This document shows positions 19,314 through 27,616 of a stretch of DNA of 64,000 nt, piece after piece; position 1 is the first letter of the stretch, and each line of letters starts with the position of its first letter. Origin of the DNA: Deltaproteobacteria bacterium (GTDB lineage Bacteria > Desulfobacterota > Binatia > HRBIN30 > CADEER01); contig JAJCZJ010000105.1 in assembly GCA_029262455.1 (NCBI GenBank), positions 4,885 through 68,884 of the forward strand, read 5' to 3'. A model generated the notes under the pieces. It had not been told where the DNA came from. It did no database searches and saw only the letters and a program-made list of their open reading frames with translations. The position numbers were made by a program, and so were the translations under genes.

Positions 19314-19327
19314 TTTTCCGCTTGACA
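19314..19327 (+). promoter_or_regulatory. Promoter element TTTTCCGCTTGACA, shared with 2466-2479
   Basis: Identical 14-mer containing TTGACA, about 90 nt upstream of paralog 3. Confidence 0.6.
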
Positions 19328-19418
19328 GGCCCGGACTAAACTGGAATAACGCCGACGGGTTCGAATGCGAAGTCACCGAACTCATATGCAGGCTGCAGTG
19401 AAAAAAAGGAGGCGTGCA

Positions 19419-20801
19419 ATGCGATTGCTGGAGCGAAACCCGCGGCTGACGGGCACTATCATGGGACTAGCGGTATTAGCCCTTGTTGGTGCGCAGGCCC
19501 AGGCGCAGGATCTTGAAATTACCTCAACCGAACCCGGGTCGATCGTTCTGTATCCGAAGGTTATCTCCGACGGTACCCGGGACACGATCATCTCACTCAC
19601 CAATACCTCGAACATGGTTGTGTACGCGCACTGCGTTTACACCAACGGTATCGGTCAGTGCAGTGCGTCGCCCGACCCGGCCAACCAGATCTACTACTGC
19701 AACACCTTTGATGACTGTCAGGGTGTGACGCCGCCGGGATCGACAGGCCCGCCGATTGATGTCGGTACCTGTAACCTGTTGTGGCAAGCGATTGACTTCG
19801 ACGTCACGCTGACCGCGCAGCAGCCGACTTTCTGGCGTGTGTCGACCGGACGTGTGCAGGATCCTGCACTCCAGTTCGGTGTCGATTGCGCCGCGTCGGG
19901 AAACAGTCAGATTTGTCCGGGTTTCTTCATCGGCGACTCGATCGCCGGAAGTAACGTGCCCGGTCAAAACGGTTTTCGCGGCGAATTGCGTTGCTATCAA
20001 GTCATGGAAGACGGCGACCTGCTACCCGCGGACGCTCTCAAGGGCGAGGCGTTCATCGAAAGCCTAGCTCTCGGCGGCGATCCGCCGGCTCCTGGCAACG
20101 GACGCATCAGCGGTTACAACTCGATCAATGTCGAGGGTTTCGGCGAAGGCACAGCCGATCCAGCCGTCGCTTCATTGGACGGAACTGAGTATGCGCGCTG
20201 TCCCGACGCTGTCGGCCTTGACTATCTCCACCCGGGCGTCCCGGAGCCGTCAACTGGCGCCGACGTGGATGTGGAGCTCACCTTCATTCCGTGTACGGCC
20301 AATCAGGATGGCCAGACGGGATTCTCGGTGCAGCTGTTCACCTTTGACGAGTTCGAAACCAGGCAATCTCAGGGTATCCCTGCGGTCTGTTGGTCGAACG
20401 TCAACGGCGACAGCCTGAACCTCACTGCCAACCCGACGACCACATACCTACGGTCGGAGGCGCAGCAGACTCTTGGCTCCGGAAACTGTCAGGGCGGAAA
20501 CCCGACAGGCTTCGGCTGTTTCGCCGACTCCGACTGCGGCGGCGAAGGCATCTGTAACAACGGAAGCTGCCAGGGCGGTGATTCGACAGGCCGCGTCTGT
20601 ACGAACGTCACGCAGTGTGGCCCGGGCGCAACCGCCTGTAATATTCCTGGTACGTCGTTCTTGGCCCTCGTTGAAACCATCTACTCAGGTGGGACTCCGG
20701 GTGGTTCGAACGCCGACGTCGGTTACGAGCTCGTTCCGGGCACAACCGACGACTCAATGGGCTTCATCGGGAACTTTCCCGATCCGAACCCGGTGCCGTA
20801 A
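19419..20801 (+). CDS. Secreted Cys-rich family protein, subtype A (paralog 3)
   Basis: AGGAGG RBS; signal peptide ending AQAQA; GSIVLYPKV, DTIISLTNTSN, YAHCVY, LTAQQPTFWRVSTGR, GFRGELRCYQ, DEFE. Confidence 0.85.
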   Translation: MRLLERNPRLTGTIMGLAVLALVGAQAQAQDLEITSTEPGSIVLYPKVISDGTRDTIISLTNTSNMVVYAHCVYTNGIGQCSASPDPANQIYYCNTFDDCQGVTPPGSTGPPIDVGTCNLLWQAIDFDVTLTAQQPTFWRVSTGRVQDPALQFGVDCAASGNSQICPGFFIGDSIAGSNVPGQNGFRGELRCYQVMEDGDLLPADALKGEAFIESLALGGDPPAPGNGRISGYNSINVEGFGEGTADPAVASLDGTEYARCPDAVGLDYLHPGVPEPSTGADVDVELTFIPCTANQDGQTGFSVQLFTFDEFETRQSQGIPAVCWSNVNGDSLNLTANPTTTYLRSEAQQTLGSGNCQGGNPTGFGCFADSDCGGEGICNNGSCQGGDSTGRVCTNVTQCGPGATACNIPGTSFLALVETIYSGGTPGGSNADVGYELVPGTTDDSMGFIGNFPDPNPVP

Positions 20802-20833
20802 CGGCTGCGTCAGGAAAGAAAGGGGAAACTCGA

Positions 20834-21994
20834 ATGTCTAGCAAGACGACAATCGCAATAATCGCCTCAGCGGCCGCTGGCTCGTTGATGATAGCTTCGG
20901 TCGCTACTGCTGCGCCGACCCACGACAAGCCCGCGGGTCTCGTGATCTACCCGAAGATCCAAGTGAGCAGTGCTGACGGTCTCGATACCCGTATGCATCT
21001 GTCGAACACTTCCGGGCTTCCGCAGATGGCTCACTGCTTCTATGTGAATGCAAACAGCCACTGCACGAATAACGGAAACGTCTGCGACACATTCCTCGAT
21101 TGCGAGGACACTGCGTCCGGTACATTCGGGTCGTGTGAAGCGGGCTGGATCGAGACCAATTTCGACATCTTCCTCACGGCGGAGCAGCCAATCGGTTGGC
21201 TCGCCTCCGAGGGTCTGTCGGTCAACGACCTTCCGTGTCGTGCGACTTTCCAAAACCCCAACCCGTGCATCGGTGGTGACAACAACGGTACGCGCATCCC
21301 GCCTGTCGAGGATCCATTCATCGGCGAGCTGAAGTGTATCCAGGCCGACTCAGTTACTCGTCTGCCAGTGGCCTGTGACGGCGACAACTGCCGCAACGAT
21401 CTCACGGGTAAGGCAGTGATCATGTCTTCTAGTCTCCTCGACGGTGCTTCGTACCCGGCGGCCGGTCTCCGGCAGGTCCGCAACGATGGCGGCAATGATC
21501 TCCAGGTCGGCGGCGACTCCGGTTCAGTCGAGTACGAAAACTGTGCCGAGGTTCTCGTCATGGACTTCGTCTACGACGGTGCCACCGATCCGATCTCGGG
21601 CACGCTGCAGGGCCAATCTCAGCTGACCCTGGTTCCTTGCACTCAGGACTTTCGCGGACAGACCACCGACGCGGTCACCGCACAATTCCTCGTTTACAAC
21701 GAATTCGAGCAGCGCCTCTCGACGAGTCGTCGTGTTGAATGTTTGCTCGATTCTCAGATCTCTCTGATTGACACGTCTCAGCCCAATCGCTCGATCTTCT
21801 CTTTCCCGATCGGCGGTACCATTACAGGGCAAGCTCGTATTCGTGGCGTCGGTGGCGGTCTCGCAGGGGTCGCAGTTCTCGGGTTAGCCACGAACTGGTT
21901 GGACCCAGACAACGACACCCGTCAGGGCTTGGCCGGGTATGCTCTCGACTCAGTCGTAGACACGTCAACTCCGGACATTATCTCACTACCGTAG
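20834..21994 (+). CDS. Secreted Cys-rich family protein, subtype B (paralog 4)
   Basis: Signal peptide ending VATA; GLVIYPKI, HCFYVNANSHC, DPFIGELKCIQ, YNEFEQRLSTS, IDT...SIFS. Confidence 0.85.
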   Translation: MSSKTTIAIIASAAAGSLMIASVATAAPTHDKPAGLVIYPKIQVSSADGLDTRMHLSNTSGLPQMAHCFYVNANSHCTNNGNVCDTFLDCEDTASGTFGSCEAGWIETNFDIFLTAEQPIGWLASEGLSVNDLPCRATFQNPNPCIGGDNNGTRIPPVEDPFIGELKCIQADSVTRLPVACDGDNCRNDLTGKAVIMSSSLLDGASYPAAGLRQVRNDGGNDLQVGGDSGSVEYENCAEVLVMDFVYDGATDPISGTLQGQSQLTLVPCTQDFRGQTTDAVTAQFLVYNEFEQRLSTSRRVECLLDSQISLIDTSQPNRSIFSFPIGGTITGQARIRGVGGGLAGVAVLGLATNWLDPDNDTRQGLAGYALDSVVDTSTPDIISLP

Positions 21995-22049
21995 CGTTTA
22001 GCTGAGAATCCGCATCAACTTGAAGAATCGATCTGTAGGAGGAACACGC

Positions 22050-23078
22050 ATGAGGACTTTCGCGGTACGTCCTGCCGTCACTGCCGGCGCATTGGGACTC
22101 GCTTTCGCTCTAGCAGCGACGAGCGCCAGCGCCCAAGATTCATACACGGTCGAGCAGCCGACCTCAGTGCTGATCTTCCCCAAGGTCGTGAACGACGAGG
22201 GGCGGGACACGGTGCTCCAGGTTACGAATAATCACAACGTGATGGTCTACGCCCACTGTTTCTACACGGACGGGCAGACCATCAACGGAGTTCCCCGTTG
22301 GACGGTGACGGATTTTCAATTGAACCTCACTCGCCAGCAGACAACGACGTGGCCTGCCAGTACCGGCCGACCGCAGAACCCAAGCGACGACCAGAACGGG
22401 ATTGACCCGGGTGGTGTGCCGCCGACGGTTGACGGTTTTACGGGCAGTTTGGTTTGCGTTCAGATCGGCTCATCGCATGGGAATCCCATAGGTGGGAACA
22501 GTCTGACGGGTCGGGCGAGCGTCGCCGGCGCGGACTACAATGCCGTCGGAATTCCGGGCATCAACGTCGATGGGGATAAAACCCTTATGTTGGACGGCTT
22601 AGAGTACGCCCGCTGTCCGTCGTCGTATCACTTGGACTTTGTTACCCCGGGTTCGGGCGGAGCGGTTGCGCTTGGCTCGATGGTCGGGTTCGGTCTGGGT
22701 GACGCTGTGGCGACAGTCAGTACGAGTTTGACGGTCGTTCCTTGTAATTACGACTTTGCGACCTTCTTCCCAGCGTCGGTCCGGTTGGGTTTTAATCCGA
22801 TTGTCGATGAGTTCGAGAATCGGAACTCGGTCGGAACGGCGGAGGACGTGGTCTGTTGGGAAAATGTACAGTTGGACAACGCTGTGTTCGAGCTTGGTCC
22901 GAGTACGTTTAATACGGCAAGGGTCAACGGTAACGACTCGACGGGAGCTGCGGCGCCTTTTGTAGGTGTGGCAAACGTCCTGAGGGTTGGCGGCACGAGC
23001 CTTGGGATGGATTCGGCTACGACGAACTTGCACGCCGTCACGGGTGCACTCGCCGATGGGCAGATTATCATCCCGTAA
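22050..23078 (+). CDS. Secreted Cys-rich family protein, subtype A (paralog 5, minimal core)
   Basis: AGGAGG RBS; signal peptide ending SASA; SVLIFPKV, YAHCFY, LTRQQTTTW..STGR, GIDPGGVPP..DGFTG, DEFE. Confidence 0.85.
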   Translation: MRTFAVRPAVTAGALGLAFALAATSASAQDSYTVEQPTSVLIFPKVVNDEGRDTVLQVTNNHNVMVYAHCFYTDGQTINGVPRWTVTDFQLNLTRQQTTTWPASTGRPQNPSDDQNGIDPGGVPPTVDGFTGSLVCVQIGSSHGNPIGGNSLTGRASVAGADYNAVGIPGINVDGDKTLMLDGLEYARCPSSYHLDFVTPGSGGAVALGSMVGFGLGDAVATVSTSLTVVPCNYDFATFFPASVRLGFNPIVDEFENRNSVGTAEDVVCWENVQLDNAVFELGPSTFNTARVNGNDSTGAAAPFVGVANVLRVGGTSLGMDSATTNLHAVTGALADGQIIIP

Positions 23079-23135
23079 GGTGTTGGACCGCTAAAGTAAG
23101 CTTGTACACTCGGACGCTTGAAAAGGAGCCAGCGA

Positions 23136-24404
23136 ATGGTCAAAGGACGAACGATTTGGAATTTCACCGCGGTTGTAGGCGCGGTTGCCTTGGTTGGCAT
23201 CGTCCTCGGCACGGTCGAACGGAGTGATGCGCAGCCACCTGATCCCGCGGATTCGACTTCTGCGGTGGTGACTGGTGGGTATCTGCACTTCCCAAAGATT
23301 CTCGTGCATACGACGGGAGACTTGGCGAACCCGGCATTAGCTGGTGACGACTTCGCGATGGACACGGTCATCCAGATTACGAACACATCGGATGTCCGGG
23401 TTACGGCCAACTGCTTTTACGTAACGGCGGTGAGCCGGTGCGGCTCGGCGACCGGCCCAGTGTGTCGGGACGATAGCGAGTGCGTGCCGGGGATTCGATG
23501 CCTTCCGACGTGGAGTTCGGATGACTTCCGGATCGATTTTACCCCGTTGCAGCCGATTGGTTGGAGCGCGGCAACCGGACTCTCGATTTTGCCATGTGGA
23601 ATCGGCGGCGTCTGTCCGGGGAATCCGGGACAGAGCGGGCAGATCCCTGTGGTTTCGGTGGATCCGTTTGTCGGTGAGTTGAGATGTATTCAAGTCGAGA
23701 CCGATGATGACGGCATGGCGACTGGGCCGACAACCGATAGCGATCTGATTGGGAAAGCTACGATTGTCGAGAGCGGCCCGTTCAGTGGACCGTCGGAGGT
23801 GCTGGCAGCGGGTTATAATGCGATCGGATTTCAGGGTGTATCGTCGGATGCCTTGGGTACAGATGCTTGCTTTGGCGGGGCACCGGCGGGTGCAAACTGT
23901 GGTGTTACCTACACGCCATGTGCGGCGCACTTGTCGCTGCAGCACTTCTTTGAAGGTGCCGAGACGCCGGCTGGATTCGTATCCACACATTTGACGTTGT
24001 CGCCGTGCAGCACGGAGTTGGAGATTGGCGACGTGTTTGCACCGTCGAATCGGGTCGTTGCGCAGATGCTCGTCTACAATGAGTTTGAGCAGCGGTTCTC
24101 GATTGCGGAACCGGTCGATTGTGTTGAGACACAGCGTCTTGTGGACATCGACACTCCAGCGGGCCCGTCGGGCGATTCTAGTTCGATCTTTTCCATCGGC
24201 ACGCAGGGGACACTGGGTGGACAGACTCGGATCAGAGGCGTTAGCGACGATTCGGGTTTCGGGCGCGGGATCGTGGGTCTAGCCCATCAGTACTTCTCGG
24301 CCTCGATGGGCGGGACGCCCACGAGTTCGTCGGCTTACCATGTAAACGGTGAGTTGGCGGCGCAGCCGGATCCGGATGCAGTTTACGGACCGCTTTTTCA
24401 GTAA
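23136..24404 (+). CDS. Secreted Cys-rich family protein, subtype B (paralog 6)
   Basis: AAGGAG RBS; N-terminal hydrophobic signal; YLHFPKI, DTVIQITNTS, DPFVGELRCIQ, YNEFEQRFS, SIFSIGTQGT. Confidence 0.85.
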   Translation: MVKGRTIWNFTAVVGAVALVGIVLGTVERSDAQPPDPADSTSAVVTGGYLHFPKILVHTTGDLANPALAGDDFAMDTVIQITNTSDVRVTANCFYVTAVSRCGSATGPVCRDDSECVPGIRCLPTWSSDDFRIDFTPLQPIGWSAATGLSILPCGIGGVCPGNPGQSGQIPVVSVDPFVGELRCIQVETDDDGMATGPTTDSDLIGKATIVESGPFSGPSEVLAAGYNAIGFQGVSSDALGTDACFGGAPAGANCGVTYTPCAAHLSLQHFFEGAETPAGFVSTHLTLSPCSTELEIGDVFAPSNRVVAQMLVYNEFEQRFSIAEPVDCVETQRLVDIDTPAGPSGDSSSIFSIGTQGTLGGQTRIRGVSDDSGFGRGIVGLAHQYFSASMGGTPTSSSAYHVNGELAAQPDPDAVYGPLFQ

Positions 24405-24430
24405 TTAGGCGGAGTTCATACTAGATCGGG

Positions 24431-24469
24431 GAGCCGGAACGCCAGAAGGCGTTCCGGCTCTTTGTTTTT
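24431..24469 (+). terminator. Rho-independent terminator after the four-paralog operon
   Basis: Perfect 13-bp stem GAGCCGGAACGCC-agaa-GGCGTTCCGGCTC followed by TTTGTTTTT. Confidence 0.9.
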
Positions 24470-24501
24470 GAGCTCGTAGGCAGACTTCAAGGGTAGAGAC
24501 G

Positions 24502-24882
24502 ATGTCGACTAAGCGAATTCTGGTAGTTGAAGACAACCTGGATAACCGGCGTATTCTGGTGTATCGGCTGAAACGAATTGGCGAATTCGAGATCTTGGAA
24601 GCAAGTAACGGCGAGGAGGCGCTCGCGATTGTTCAGCGGGACGAACCCCCTGACCTTGTGTTCATGGATCTGAAGATGCCGGTCATGGACGGGTGGGAGG
24701 CCACGCGACAGATCCGGAAGCTCGAGGGTGGGGAGAAGATCCCGATTATCGCGTTGACGGCACAGGCGATGGCTGGCGACGAGCAGAAGGCGTTGGCCGC
24801 AGGTTGCGACGACTACCTTGCGAAGCCGATCGTCGATCTGGGTGTTGTACGGACAAAAATGGAGCGGTTGTTGGATAGGTAG
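24502..24882 (+). CDS. Single-domain response regulator (DivK/CheY-like)
   Basis: ILVVEDN, PDLVFMDLKMPVMDG, IIALTAQAMAGD, GCDDYLAKP. Confidence 0.92.
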   Translation: MSTKRILVVEDNLDNRRILVYRLKRIGEFEILEASNGEEALAIVQRDEPPDLVFMDLKMPVMDGWEATRQIRKLEGGEKIPIIALTAQAMAGDEQKALAAGCDDYLAKPIVDLGVVRTKMERLLDR

Positions 24883-24957
24883 AGCCGGGTCCGCGCTTTC
24901 CGGGGGGAAGCCGGATGGTGTCGTAGTGAGGCACGAGTTGGCGATTCGGGGGGTCGG

Positions 24958-27138
24958 TTGGAAGTAGCGCGCGTTTGCGGGCTGGTCGCATTGTGGCTGG
25001 TCTGCGGGTTTGATGTAGAAGCGTTTGGGCAGGGCGAGGGGCAGCCCTGTTCCGGGGTCACGCGTGTCGTCGCTGCCCTGTTCGATCCGGATGTTTGCGT
25101 AGCGGACGCGAACGGGGACGGACGGGTCAGCGCGGCGGATATTGTGTTCGTGGTTCGCCAGGGCGACGTCGCGACGCCGTCCCCGACGCCGACTGAGATC
25201 GGTACCACTGCGGTGGTTGATGTGACACCGACGCCGACTGCGACGGGGACACCTACGGCCGAAAGTACGGCGAGTTCTACCGCAAGTGCGACAGCGACCG
25301 GGACGCCGGGGAGAGTTCTGACGTCGACTGCGACGGCTAGTGCGACGGCTAGTGCGACGGAAGTGCCGACGGTCGTGGTCGGGACGCCGACGCAGACGGG
25401 GACCCCGACGCAGACGGGAACACAGACGCGGACGGGGACCCGTACCCGGACGTTCACTCGCACGCGGACCTTTACACGGACGCGTCCGGCGACGAGAACG
25501 CCACGAGCAACGTCGACCTCGACTCGTACGCGCACGGCGACCTTGACACGGACCCCATCGCGTACGCGGACGCCGAGTCAAACACGGACCCCATCTCGCA
25601 CCGGGACAAGTACTCGGACCTTTCGATTCTCGCGCACTCCTTCGGCGACGCGTACGATCACAGGGACGCCGACTTCGTCGCGCACCCGGACGTTTACGCG
25701 GACACGGACGTTCACGCGTACCACGACTGTAACGCGGACCAGGACCGGGACCCGAGGGCCGTCGGCGACACGAACGGTCACGTCGACGCGGACGCCGAGT
25801 CGAACCGGAACCGCGACGCGCACCAGGACCGCGACGCGCACCAGAACCGGGACGCGGGCGCCGTCGGCGACGCGCACCGTAACCTCGACGCGTACACCGA
25901 GTCGAACGGGAACCGCGACGCGCACCGGGACTGCGACGCGGACCATGACGGCAACGCGTACCATGACGGCAACCCGTACCAGGACCGGGACCCGAGGGCC
26001 GTCGGCGACGCGCACAGTCACTTCGACGCGTACACCGAGTCGGACCGGAACCGCGACGCGCACCAGAACGTTTACACGGACACCGTCCGTGTCGCGGACA
26101 CCAACGGGAACGCGAACGCAGACCGGGACTCGTACGGAGACCCGTACGCGTACGACCACACGTACAAGAACAGCCACGCGGACGGGGACAGACACTCGTA
26201 CCCCGACTGGGACGCGAACTCAGACGGGAACCAGGACGGAAACGGCGACCCGGACGGCGTCGCGCACGGGGACTGCTACGCGGACACCGACCGGTACGCG
26301 GCCTTTCACGGCGACAAGGACACCGAGCGCGACACGTACGTCGACGGGGACTCCGACGAATACTCGGACGAGGACGGCGACTCGCACGAGGACGGCTACA
26401 CGAACTCCTTCGGGGACGCGACTCCCGACGAACACGAGAACGCATACGCGTACTCGCACCTCGACTCGAACCAAGACGGCGACTCGCACATCAACGCTGA
26501 CGGGCACGCCGACGTCGACCGGAACAATCACACCGACTCCGTCGATCACGCCGACGGTTCCCACCATCGGTCCTATCGTTACAGCGTTTGGTGTCGCCCG
26601 AGCCGACGGATTGATCGTTCCGCCGAGCGGTTTCGCGCCGGGGGGATTTCCCCTGTTCATCAGGCCGGTTGCGAGTGGATTTTTTCTTTATGCCGAATTC
26701 AAGCGCCCGCCCGACTTCGCGCCGATCAATACCTCGACGTTTAACGACGATGTGTTTTCGTTGCCAGGCTTCCGGATTGCCACGGACCGTCCGCTCGGTG
26801 ATGGTAGCCCGGAGGTTTGTGATGCAGGGCCTGCGCCGTCCTTACCGATCGGAGGTGTACCGGCGATAGCCGATGGTGACTTTGGATCGAATCCACCAGC
26901 GGTGAACGACTTTTCGTGTCGATTCGACGTGAGGTCGGCCGGAGGGACGGGACCGTGCACCCGTCGCGGCAATGGTTCGGACGCCTTCGAGAACTCGGAA
27001 TCAATCCGTCAGTTTTGCACGATCGTAGGAGCGGAGGTCGCCTTCCCAGTTGGAGATACGAGGCTCACCGTCAGCGCCGTCGATCTGTTTGGTCGCCCCG
27101 GAGAGCCGGTCTCTATTGTGATTCGGATCGAACCGTAG
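24958..27138 (+). CDS. Secreted protein: partial dockerin-like domain, (Thr-X)n stalk, C-terminal domain (copy 2)
   Basis: ADANGDGRVSAADI loop; about 460-aa T-x-T repeat; C-terminal IGPIVTAF...LGDGSPEVCD...GGVP...CRF...RQFC...PVGDT.L.V...IVIRIEP. Start codon uncertain. Confidence 0.82.
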   Translation: MEVARVCGLVALWLVCGFDVEAFGQGEGQPCSGVTRVVAALFDPDVCVADANGDGRVSAADIVFVVRQGDVATPSPTPTEIGTTAVVDVTPTPTATGTPTAESTASSTASATATGTPGRVLTSTATASATASATEVPTVVVGTPTQTGTPTQTGTQTRTGTRTRTFTRTRTFTRTRPATRTPRATSTSTRTRTATLTRTPSRTRTPSQTRTPSRTGTSTRTFRFSRTPSATRTITGTPTSSRTRTFTRTRTFTRTTTVTRTRTGTRGPSATRTVTSTRTPSRTGTATRTRTATRTRTGTRAPSATRTVTSTRTPSRTGTATRTGTATRTMTATRTMTATRTRTGTRGPSATRTVTSTRTPSRTGTATRTRTFTRTPSVSRTPTGTRTQTGTRTETRTRTTTRTRTATRTGTDTRTPTGTRTQTGTRTETATRTASRTGTATRTPTGTRPFTATRTPSATRTSTGTPTNTRTRTATRTRTATRTPSGTRLPTNTRTHTRTRTSTRTKTATRTSTLTGTPTSTGTITPTPSITPTVPTIGPIVTAFGVARADGLIVPPSGFAPGGFPLFIRPVASGFFLYAEFKRPPDFAPINTSTFNDDVFSLPGFRIATDRPLGDGSPEVCDAGPAPSLPIGGVPAIADGDFGSNPPAVNDFSCRFDVRSAGGTGPCTRRGNGSDAFENSESIRQFCTIVGAEVAFPVGDTRLTVSAVDLFGRPGEPVSIVIRIEP
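25738..26070 (+). repeat. Three copies of an approximately 30-codon unit within stalk 2
   Basis: TRTGTR[GA][22 protein letters not shown] starting at 25738, 25840 and 25978. Confidence 0.8.
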
Positions 27139-27181
27139 GTTGATTGACGGCAATAGCCCCGCGGGTGCGACGCAGGATCGT

Positions 27182-27421
27182 TTAGTGGATCTGTTTGTCG
27201 GGTGTTGTGTTTGTGTGGTCTGGGTCTGTAGATAGGTGGACCCCGTGGCGCCTGGCGAACTCGAGAATTGTCGCTCGAGCCAGCTTGCTGGGTCGAAATC
27301 GGCCGTTTTCCCAACGGTTAACCGTACCCACTGTGATACCGAGGGCGTGGGCGAACTCTTCTTGTGTCATACCTAGCTGCTGACGGACTTGACGTATGTA
27401 GTGACTCATGTCTTCGCTCAT
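27182..27421 (-). CDS. XRE-family helix-turn-helix transcriptional regulator
   Basis: IRQVRQQLGMTQEEFAHALGITVGTVNRWENGRFRPS. Confidence 0.9.
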   Translation of the reverse strand: MSEDMSHYIRQVRQQLGMTQEEFAHALGITVGTVNRWENGRFRPSKLARATILEFARRHGVHLSTDPDHTNTTPDKQIH

Positions 27422-27468
27422 CGGGACCCCTCGGGCAGTTTCCTCGCGCATGGATGCCCACACTACTA

Positions 27469-27484
27469 AGCAATCAGCATGCCG
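27469..27484 (-). promoter_or_regulatory. Candidate sigma54 (-24/-12) promoter of the XRE gene
   Basis: Minus strand CGGCAT-GCTGA-TTGCT fits YGGCAY-N5-TTGCW with GG-N10-GC spacing. Confidence 0.55.
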
Positions 27485-27616
27485 AAACGCTGCCGACTAG
27501 TCGGCCTGCCCGAAGATCACCTGGTACAAGGGCCGTGTCGCCAAGATTTCGCCAAATTGCGCACTATTGGCAAAGAATCATTGACTTTTTTGGTCCCCAT
27601 AGCCCATTGTTCGGCG

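Noticed and set aside
18959-19385. Short ORFs in the intergenic region before paralog 3
   Set aside because: No RBS or protein-like composition; the region is better explained as regulatory DNA.
24487-26660. Minus-strand ORFs 24487..26445, 24813..25535, 25578..26195 and 26220..26660
   Set aside because: Same antisense artefact of stalk 2 and the response regulator.
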